Of a stretch of DNA of 64,000 bases, positions 49,896 through 60,308 are shown one piece after another. Every line of letters begins with the position of its first letter. The first letter of the stretch is position 1. The DNA is from Fonticula alba ATCC 38817. Its lineage: Eukaryota > Protista > Nucleariida. The notes below the pieces were generated by a model. That model made no database searches and had not been told where the DNA came from. It saw only the letters and a list, made by a program, of their open reading frames with translations. The position numbers and the translations under genes are program-made. The stretch is taken from assembly GCA_000388065.2 (NCBI GenBank), contig KB932205.1, one strand, 5' to 3'.

Positions 49896-52800
49896 AATGC
49901 CCTGACGGCCCTCGAAGAGGAGCAGGTCGAAGACATTGCGCAGGAGGCCCTCCTGGCGGCCGAGGCTCGGCAGCTCGGAGGAGGTGTGCAGCGCCGGCCC
50001 CGGGGCACCGGCAGCCTGAGCATGGGCCCAGCTGGCGGCGGCGGCCACATGGCGGAAGAGCAGCGGGTTGGAGCGGACCGCCTCGCGCGGAGCATCGAAG
50101 GCAGGCGGCACAACCGGCCCACCAAGCTCCGGGCACACCTCCGGCGAGAGATCCTGCAGGGCCGAGGCACTCAGCTGGCCGGCCTCATTCAGCAGGTCGA
50201 AGCCGGCAGTCAGGAAGGCCCGGCTACCGGAGCGACCGAGGAAGTTGCCCTGGGCATCGATCATGATGCTCCCCTGGAAGAGGAAGAAGCTCTGCCCGGG
50301 GGCATTGCCAGCGAAGGGCCCGGTGACGAAGGGAGCCAGCGGCCCGGTCAGCAGGTCACCGGCCAGGGTGGCGGGATCCTGCTCATCCAGGATCTGGACC
50401 TCCGACCCATCGGCCAGGAAGAGACCCGGCGCATGGGGCTGGAAGGTCGATGCGCGGAGGCCCTGCTTGGTGAAGAGGGCCGGCCGGCCGGCCGGAGTGG
50501 CCAGATCCCCGGCCGGAGACAGCATGATCGGCTGGCTGCCCGGGGACCCATGGTGCAGGACCACCGCCGGGGCGCCGGGGTTGGACGCCTGGCGCAGGAT
50601 GTCCAGCTCGGCCGGCGGGGCCGACAGGAAGAGCGACTCGCCGGCCTCCACATGGGCCTCCAGCTGGGCGCGAGTCATGCCGGTGGTCGGGTTGGCGAAG
50701 AGCATCGGCTGCCCGGTGACCGGGTCGCAGCGGATGCCGGCGTTGTTGTAGAACACCCGAACCGGGCGCCCGGAGGACATGTCCACCTGGTGGCCCTCCT
50801 TGTCCAGGTGCAGCGGGGCACCATACAGATCGCGGGCCGGGGAGTTGCCGGAAGCCGGGAAGATCGGCCGGCCATCCGGTCCGAAGGGCGAGTGCTGGAC
50901 AAACGGCCCGCCAGCCCGGGGGTTGGTGATGGTCCGCCGGCCTGGGGCCACGGCGAAGGCCAGATCCGTGGCCGAGCCATACATCACGGCCCCCTGGTGG
51001 TCCACCTGCAGGCCGCCGGAATTGAAGGACATCGGCCGACCGGCCCCATCCACCAGGCGCTTGTCGGCATTGAAGCTCAGCAGGCGCCCATTGGCATCGA
51101 TCATGGCATTGCCGGCGGTGTAGAGGGTCGGCGCCAGCTCCGGCGCCGGGGTGAAGGGCATGGCCGACACGGCCAGCATCCCCGGGAGGAAGGTCCCCTC
51201 AGGCCCGGCAACACCATGGGCCTCAAGCAGGGCCGTCGGCGAATAGCCACCCGGCGGGGCCGGGATCAAGTCCGCACGCGGCAGCAGGCCAAGCTCCTCA
51301 TCCGAAGAGCGGATGAGCCGCGCCTGGCGCAGGACCCCGGCCAGCGCACGCAGGCCGGCACCCAGGTCGAAGGGCTGGGGCTGGGGGTTGGCCGAGCTCC
51401 GGAGATCCGGCGCCAGGAAGAGCTCCGGCGCCGACAGGTCCTTCATGTGCTGGGCCAGGCTCAGGCGCAGGCTACGGAAGGGGGTGGCCAGGACACCGGT
51501 GAAGTCCTCCCGGAACTCCGGGTACAGGATGTGCCCACCGGCCGGCCCGGTGAAGGGCCCCCAGGGGATGCTGGCCAGTCGGCCATCCGGCAGGAAGCCA
51601 AAGCCCCGGGCATCGTGGCGAATGGCCGCCGGGCCGCCGGCCGACTCGGCCAGCGGCCGGCCCGACCCATCGAGAACCCGGCCGAACTCGTCATGGCGGA
51701 AGGGGATCGGCTCGAAGGGGGTCACGGTCAGCTTGTTGTCCAGCTGGTGGAAGTTGTGGTAGGCCACATTGTAGAAGGTGGCATCGCGGTAGCGCAGGCG
51801 CGACTGCCGGTCGAAGTAGACCGGGTTGCCCTGGAGATCCGCCATGTCGGTCGGGCAGACGGTCTTGGCATTGTTCGGGTTGGACAGGCTGGTCACCGGG
51901 GACCCGGGCTGCAGGACAATGTGGTGGTCGATGTTGCGCAGGAAGCCCTGGCTGTCGATGTACATGGTACCGGCCGCCCCGCTGGCCAGGCCGTCGGTGT
52001 AGCCGAGGACCTCCTGGAACATGCGGTCCGGGTCGAGGGTGGCCACACGCAGGGTCGGCGGCGCGGCGGCCCCGAGCTCGGCCAGCAGCCCGGCCACCGC
52101 CGTCTCGAAGATGGTCAGGTGACGCTGGACCTGCTCCGGAGCCGACAGGGCCGACTGGCTCCGGGCCAGGTGCAGATCGTGCAGGTGGACATGCATCGGC
52201 AGGGAGGCCGGATCGGCCGACCCCGGGCCAGTCGGCAGGGGCTTCTGCTGGAAGAAGGACGACCCGGGCCGGGGCAGGAACCCAGGCTGGGGGATCCCCC
52301 GGCCGGGGCCGAAGGCCGCCACCGGGGTCTCATCCATGTACTCCTCGTCGGCCGAGAGGTCGGACCCGGCAGACCCGTCGGCGGTGGAGGCCCGGTCGGC
52401 GGCAGCCGCATCAAGCTCATCCACATGGACCAGGCTCTCGGCCGCGCGAACGAGCGGCGCGCAAATGGAATTGTTCAGCAGATCGTCCAGGGTCTTGGCC
52501 AGGTGGAAGAGGGGACCGACGGCGAAGCCACGGGCCTTGAGCGAGTCCAGGTGCTTGGCTCCGACGGTGTCGCTGGAGGCCACCAGCAGCGCGAAGATCT
52601 CATTCCGGAGGGCGAGGGTGTCCACGTGAGCGCGCAGGGCGCGGACATCCTTCGGCTTGTTGGCGAAGGTGGTGAACGCACGCGACAGGCAGGGCTGAAC
52701 CCGGGGGAGGAGGGCGGGAGCACTGTCGACAAGGGCCAGGAGGAAGTCCTGTGCGGGGGAAGAGAGGAAGGAGGCGGTTAGCGAAGAGGGAGAGGGAGAG

Positions 52801-54090
52801 GGAGAGGGAGAGGGAGAGCGAAGCCCTGGGAGAGGGCAGGAACGCATCAAGCCAGGCAAACGCACCACGAAGCCGAAGAACTGGCGCTTGGTCAGGGGCG
52901 ACGCACGGGGCGCAAGCATGAAGGTGGTGATCTCATCAATGATCTTGGGCAGGTCCATGGAAGAGTCGCCCTGAGCAGTCAGGAGGACTGTCGGGGTGTG
53001 GCAATGAGGAGGGGGGGGGAAAAGAGAAGAAGAGAGGTCAGCGGAGGGAGAGGCGGGGAAGTGGAGCGACAAATGCCGAGGAAGACCCCCGCGGCAGGTG
53101 GCCGAGAGTCGAGGGGAGGCGGCCGGACGCACGCTCATGAGCAAAGGCGGTGACCGGGTCGGCAGCCTGCTTCAGCTCGGCCAGGCGATCGACATTGAAG
53201 CTGCGAGTGTTGAGGAAGGCACGGTAAAGGGTGCCAGACAGCGCGGGCGGGTCGTCGCTGCGCTCGAACTTGTTGCCCTCAATGGCGGCCGTCGAGTCCA
53301 GAGCCCGAATGGGCCGCATGGCCGGGTGGTCGTCGAGGAACTGCGGCAGGGTCTTGAATTCCGGCAGGTAGCCCGGCTGGCCGGGGCTCGGGAAGTGCCG
53401 GACATCCGACGGCGGGGAGGGGACAATCCGGTTGATGATCGGGTCGAAGGGGTTCTGCGTCGGCTGCGGCGGGGTCAGCTGGCGGAAGGCCGGGTGATAG
53501 CCATACAGCGGGTTGAAGGCGTTGAAGATCTCCGCGCGGGCCTGGATATCCTCGCCCATGCTCCGGTCGAGGTAGCCATGGCGACGTGGGGGGGCCTGAC
53601 CGGCAACCAGGTCCAGATTGATGGGGTACTTGCCCGAGGCCATGCTGGGGTCATCGGTGTCGGCGTCGGGCTCCGGGGCCACGATGCCATAGTGCTGGTA
53701 GAAGTTGGCGCCGGTCAGCTCGGACACCGACACCACGCGGAACTCATCGTCATCCGGGGTGCCGGTGATCGCCTGGCCGCCGGCCCCGGAGGTGGCATAG
53801 TCGAACACGGCGTCCGAGTGCCCGGTGGCCGAGGGGGACCCGGTGAACTCGTGCACCAGCTGCTGACGCAGGCGCTGCTGGTCCTGCAGCATGCCGGCCG
53901 GCGTGGGGGTGGTGGTCTTGACCGTCTCCGGGCGGGGGGGCGTGGAGAAGTCCGAGAAGTCATCGTTATCCGAGTTGTTGGCCGCGGAGTGGATGCTCTG
54001 GGCGAGGGGGGGGAAGAAGGCCTGCGCGGGGCGGCGCGCCATATTCGGGCGCTGCGCCAGGCGGGGGAGGAACCGAATCGACTGGAGCAT
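49866..54090 (-). CDS. Uncharacterised ~1359-aa protein with putative N-terminal mitochondrial presequence and degenerate D-x-x-G repeats, 2 exons
   Basis: Exons 54090-53133 and 52987-49866 are joined by a phase-1 GTGCGT...ACAG intron (4080 nt, in frame). Codon usage is strongly C/G-ending, as in neighbouring genes. An N-gap lies 22 nt upstream of the ATG, so further 5' exons are possible. I do not recognise the family. Confidence 0.75.
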
Positions 54091-56183
54091 ATCGGTTGAG
54101 GCTGTGGCGGGNNNNNNNNNNNNNNNNNNNNNNNNNNNNNNNNNNNNNNNNNNNNNNNNNNNNNNNNNNNNNNNNNNNNNNNNNNNNNNNNNNNGGGGGC
54201 TAGGGAGAGGGGGAGAGGGGGGGGGGAGGTGCGGCCCACACAGCCCGCGCGCCGGTGCGTGTGTGTGTGTGTGTGTTTCTGCGGTTGTGCGCAACACAGC
54301 CAGCGGGGTCGGTGCCGGGCCTGGCGTAGATCCGCCGCAGGTCTGTGTGTGCAGGCACACGCACATGCACGCGAACGTGCGACAACGACGATGGCAGCCA
54401 CATCGGCAGCGACAGCGGAGATCGATGGGCCAGGGAGGCGCGCGACTCCGGGAGAAGGAGGCAGGGGGACAGGGGCGAAGGCGAAATGGGCAAGCGCGAG
54501 GAAGGGCGGCAGGAGGAGGAGGAGGAGGAGGAGGAGGAGGAGGAGGAACGGACCCCATTCACTGAGCGCCTGGGAGGGAGAGGGGAAGGCGTTGATGAAT
54601 GAGAAATCCCTGTGGTGAGTGATCCCCTGGGTCGGGGTCGGGGCGGGGGGGGGCCGAAAAAAGCACCACCGCACCCGTTCGGTCCTTGGGCCGGCCGGCT
54701 CGCGTCCCCGGGTCTCCGGACCACCATGAGCAACGAGTGAGCCGCGCGCGCGCGCACAGCCCGAATGTTACCGGGCTCACGGGCCCCGGGGGCGCCTGGA
54801 CGCACGCACACACGCGCGCGCGCGTCCGTATTTCCACGTCCGGCGGGAGGGGGCCGACGCGATAGGCATGGTCCCTGCCCGGGAGGAACCGGTGGTGTCG
54901 CGCGCTCGTCACACCCTCCCCCCCCCCCCCCCCGAGGCCGCCTCTTTCGGCCGCCCGTCACCTAGTTGCCCGCGCATCGCCGAGCGTGGGCCCCAGCCAC
55001 AGACAATACTTGCACGAGGCCCCAAGGGCCCCGTCGAGTGCCGGAGAGCCTGGCCCGGGCGCCGCCGCGGGAGGCACAGACGGCCGACCGGCGCCGATGC
55101 ACAACCGGTAAGCAGGGGGGGGGGGGGGGGATCTAGCGACGGCGGGCCTGACCTTCAGATTGCAGCCCCACCTCCGGACAGGCCCGGGCAGGGGACGTTC
55201 TGACAAGGCTCGGAACACCATGCGTCCTCCAATGAGGAGCGTGTTCCGGGCCACGAACCAGGCCGGACCCCGCCCTGCAGACCGGACCCTGGCGCCTGTG
55301 CGATTCCAGAATGAGGGGGTTGTTCTGATCGCGCGGGATTCCAGAAGGTGAATTTCCTTTCGCCGGAACACCATTTGATGCGATGCGTGACGCCCCAGTC
55401 GCGATTGTCCCACGTTATGCTTCCGGCGGCTGGACGCCTGGCTGCCAACGGTATGGATGCTCCTTGGGCGCCGCATTGCCGGGCCGCCCCTGGACGAAAG
55501 GGCGGGAGGGGGGGGGGGGGGGGGGGAGCACAGCCAGCAACGGACTTCTCCCACCCAGGTGCCTCACGCGCCAGCGCCCCGGGGCACCCCCGGGGCAGCC
55601 CGTGCAGCCTCGTTCCCCCCGACGCTCGGACCGACCGAGTCCGGGCCGCGCTGGTCCGCCTCGCCGGGGCCAAGTGGTGATCGGACCATCTTGACCCGCC
55701 CTGCCGTGGCCCCTGGTCGCATCTGGCCAAGTTCTCGGGCCGGCCCCCCCCCCCCCCCCCCCGGGGTGGCCCGAGGGCAGCGGTTGGTGGTTGGCGGTTG
55801 GCGACGGGCGGTTCCCCATGTTTACGCCCGTGGATCCGTGGGCCGCACCGCGGCCGTTTGCACGGGCTCTTCGTTCCTTTTTCCTCCCCAAACCGCCGGC
55901 GCTGCGGCGCAGCTTCTTTCGCTCTCGCCGAGCGCCGGGCAGCCTCCCCCCGGGCCACAAGCATGCCCCCCCCCCCCCCGGCCGGGATACCTTTTTGAAT
56001 CAGTCTTGCCTTGAATCCGCCCGACCACCTGGCATCCTCCTCCCGACCCCCTCGCCATCCTCCTTCCCCCTCCCGCACCTTCCTGGCCTCCTCCCTCTCT
56101 CGCGCCCTCCTCCCCTCCTCTCCCCGGGACCGGCTTGCGCGCCTTGCCGCCGCCCTGCCGCCGCTGCCGCCGTCGCCGCCACA

Positions 56184-59100
56184 ATGAGCCTAGTGCCCAG
56201 CTCGCCGGTTGGCCGGCGGCAGAGCATCTGGGATCGATTCAAGTGCCTGGCCAAGGTCGGCCAGGGAACTTACGGTGTTGTCTATAAGGCCGCTCTGCAG
56301 GATCAGTGCGCCCACCCTTCGCTCGCGCCTCACTCGATCTTCCCTGCTCGGCCCCCCCCCCCCCCCCTCCCCTCTCTCCCCCCCCCTCGACCCCCATGCA
56401 CACACACACACACACACACATACATACATACATCAACTGCCTCCCGCTTTGGTTTCCTGACGCTGCCGGCCCTCGGTCTCAGATATTTGGTCGATTGGCT
56501 GCATTTTCGCCGAGCTGCTCACCCTTCAGGCTCCCTTCCGCGGGCGTGAAGTCCGGCCGGATCGGAACAACCGATCGCCCTTCCAGCGCAGCCAGCTCGA
56601 GCGAATATTCGAATGGCTTGGCGTCCCGTCGGTCGATCGCTGGCCCGACCTTCGCAATATGCCCGAGTACAAGGAGATGCTCGCCATGGGGAAGTGCGTG
56701 CTGCCTTTGTCCTCCTCCGCTTTTTCCTGCCGGCGCCAAGTTTTGTCTCCCCCCCCCCCCCCACCCCCCCCCCCCCCTTCCTCCCTCTCTCTCTCTCCCT
56801 CTCCCCCGCACCGCCCTTCAGCTGCTGACTGTCACCCTTACACATACACAGCCGCTATCAAGACCAGCTGGAGCGCATGATCGCCGGCCGGACCTCGGCG
56901 AATGGGATGTCTCTGCTTCGCAGCCTGCTGGAGTACAACCCAAACCACCGGATCACCGCGGCGCAGGCCCTCTGCCATCCCTACTTTGCTGAAGCGCCGC
57001 ACTTCACCATGAAGTGCGCTTGGGCCTTCCCTCTCTCTCTCCCTTCCTTTCTCTCTCTCTCTCTCTCTATCCATCTATCCGCCCGATTTCTTGCCTTCTC
57101 TCCTGTCATTGCCTTTGTGCTAACGCATCCAACCCATGTCCTTCCCTCCCCCTCTCCTCTCCCCCCCCCCTCCTCTCGCCCTCCAATGCACCTACGGCCA
57201 CCTGCTCGCTCAGCGCCTTCCTGGTGGACACAGACCGCAAGCGCTACCCCAAGCGCGCGGAGATCGCCGACTCCAACCTCCCTACCACGGCGGTCGCCGT
57301 GTCGCAGCCGGTCCCAGCGCAGTCGGCTCCGCAGCATCAGCAACAACCGCAGCCGCAGTACCACCAGGCAGCCTCCTCGTCAGGGAAGCCACCGGCCGCC
57401 GTGGCCGCACCAGCCGCTGCCACTGCTGCCGCCACGGCGGCCGCGGCGCGAACGACCGCCGTCCGGCCTCGACATGGCCCGGAATCCTCGGCCCCATCGC
57501 AGGCTCAGGCGGTCCTCCTGTCTGGTGGGCCGGCGGCCGCCGTCCCCTCGTGGCCAGCCCGGCGACCGGTCGAGGGCGAATCCTCGGCCCCCACCAGCAC
57601 GAGCTCCCTCTGCTCGCCGGCCCTCGTCCGAGGTGGACCCATGGCCAGCCAGTCGTCGAGTGTCATCGATCTGACCGACCTGCCGCGCGGGGGCACAACC
57701 GGCGGATCGTCGGGTCCTCCATCGCAACACCCACCGACCAAGCGCCACCGCCATGCCGGCCCCTCGCCCGCCACCGGAGACCAGCCCTCCTCCACATTGG
57801 CCCCGGGGCCGGGGGCCGCGGCCTGGCACTCGGCCAAGCCGGGGCCCGGGCTTTCCTCGCCGCTGGCTCCGCCGCCCCACCCGCTGTCGGCGCATGCCAC
57901 GCCGGCCACCTCTTCCAGCGCGCAGAGCTCCCCCTCGCTGGGCGCCTTGTCCGGTGGCGCCGGGCCCGGGGCCTTCCCCTCGGTCACGGGTGCTGCCCCG
58001 CCGCAGGTCCATTACCTCGGCAGCCGGCGGTCGCATGGTGGCGACCCGGTGTCCGGGCACCCGGGCGCCCAGGCATACTACCAGCACTTGCAGTCAGCGC
58101 AATATCAGGCCCCGCATCCGGAGTACCGGCACTATCGGGCCGGTGACGCGCCGGCCGGTCCCCCGGGTCCGGGCGCAGCGGATCTCAGCTCGCCGGCGCT
58201 CGGGGCTGCCCCAAGCGCCGAGCCGGTCGACCAGTATCGCATTCAGTCCGGGCAGTCGTCGCCGGATCTCCTTGCCCAGCAGGCGCGAGCTCGGTCTGCT
58301 GGCGGCGGCAGCGGCGGCGGCGGCGGCGGCGCCACCGGGCCATATGGCACCATGAGCACTGGCGAGCACTCGGCGGTGACGGAGAGCCCGGCTGTCGGCG
58401 CCCTGCCGGGCCCAAGCCACCGTCCATTGGTGTCTGCCCCACCACCTGCTTCGGGGCCGCCATCTTCCACCGCCTCGACGCCGGTCGCCAGTGGCGCCGT
58501 GCCGCCGCCCCGGGGAACGGCGCTCTCAGGGTCGGGCGCTCCTCCTCCCGGCGGGGCGAGCGGCGCCCCCTCGTACACCACCTCTCATGCCCATCTCCAT
58601 CAGCACTACTTGGCCACGGCGGGTGTGGCCCTGTCGTCGCCGCGTGCGCCGCGCCTCGGCACCAGCACCGCCGACCCCCCGTCGCACATCGAGCAATATC
58701 CCGTCCCGGGCCCGGGCCCGGGCCCATCGCCGGCCGCATACCACCCCCCGCAGCAGCCGGCGCAGTATTCACAACAGTCGCGGCAGCAGGCCCCCCCGAT
58801 TCCGGGGTACCATGCCCTGGCTTCGCGGCCCGGGAGCTCCCATGCAAAGTCCGGCCACTCGAATGCCGGTGGATGGCCTTCGCATGGCCCGGGCCCGGGG
58901 ACATCCTCGCCCCTGGTGACCGGCGATGCTGCCGGCCCGGCCGCCTATTCGCAAGCGGCCGGCGCCTATGGCCCGGAGAGTGGCTCCTCATCGGCCAGCC
59001 ACTCGGTCAGTGGCAGCTACTCTGGTGGGATCATCTCGTCTCCCCTCGCCTCGGCAAAGGCTCACTATCGGCCGGGCTTCCACCTGCCGCCGCAGCCACA

Positions 59101-59581
59101 GGCGCAGGTGTCTCATCACGCCTCCCACACGGGCTCCACGGCGGCCGCCTACCCGGGCTCCCATTTATCGCCGCACCATGGTCCCCCCTTCGCATACCCG
59201 ACACCCCGGTCCGGAGCCGACCCTGGCTCGGAGCAGGCGCACGCCCCCCAGTCCGGGGCGTATGTCTACGTCCGCCAGCGATCCCAGCACCCGTCCGCCT
59301 CGGGGCCGCCTTCACAGCAGTCATCCCAGTACCCCCATCACCCATCGGAGCAGCCCCCCACCCAGTTGCAGTTCCACCAGCAGTCGCAGCTACCATCGCA
59401 ACAGCCGCAGTACTCCCATCCACAGCAGCCACAGTACCCCAAGTATCCTCCGGCACCCTCTCAGTCCCAGGCGCACCCTCAGTACCAGGCAGCCTCGCTG
59501 GCCGATGCGGTGAACTACCACCAGCCGACCTCCGGCCCAGGCGGCGGTCCTCCCTCCCCGAGTCAGCCCCAACAGTTTTAG
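56184..59581 (+). CDS. CDK8/Ssn3-like cyclin-dependent kinase; kinase subdomains II-VIII absent from the assembled sequence; long low-complexity C-tail
   Basis: Exon 56184-56305 carries the Gly loop KVGQGTYGVVYKA. Exon 56483-56693 reads (D)IWSIGCIFAELLTLQAPFRGREVRPDRNNRSPFQRSQLERIFEWLGVPSVDRWPDLRNMPEY, with a CDK8-type insert. Exon 56852-57013 reads LLRSLLEYNPNHRITAAQALCHPYF, and exon 57214-59581 reads NAF...YPKR plus the tail. The first two exons are phase-incompatible. Confidence 0.72.
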
Positions 59582-60217
59582 GACCCCGACCTCAGGGGGA
59601 CCCCCCGCTGGGCGGCGCCGCCCGGCATTTCCTCCTCTTTCCTTGTCTCCCTCCCCCTATTTTTCTGTCCCCCTCCCCCCCCCCCCTCTCCTTCCTCGCC
59701 AGGCTCCGCCCACAGGCGGGGATATATTTAGACTTGACCCCTGTCCTTGTAATTTTATCTTCACTCCTCCCTCCGGCGTAGAGCGCCTCCTCCTTCTTCC
59801 GACGATACGCTCGAAATATACACGCTCACAACGGCCACCACCACGGTCAAAGGTGCTCTTGGGGGAGAGGGGAGCGGGCGAGCGAGAATAGGGCACATTC
59901 AAACAAAGGGCAAACGAAGGGCAAACAAAGGGTAAACACGGGAGAAACTGGGGTGAATCTATTCTCACAACCAAATGCATGCGCCAGGCGCACCGCGCAT
60001 AGGGGAGGGGGATAGCCGACGAAAAGGGGGGAAAGGCGGAGAGGAAGGGGGGCGCGCGCGCACGCGGGGGGACTCTCGGCGGGCTTGGCGCTAAACTCAC
60101 GCTGCCCTTTCGCGCGACCCCGGTGCCGTGCATCCTTCTTTGGCCCCCGCGGCCCTCCTGCTCCCTCGCCCAGGGGGGAAGCAGAGGGAGGGGGGAAAGA
60201 CAGAGACACGCACGCAT

Positions 60218-60252
<35 letters not shown>

Positions 60253-60308
60253 CTACTGCCCCCGTCTGCCCCCGCCCGCCAGGCCTTCTCCCCTTCTCGT
60301 GTGGCTTC

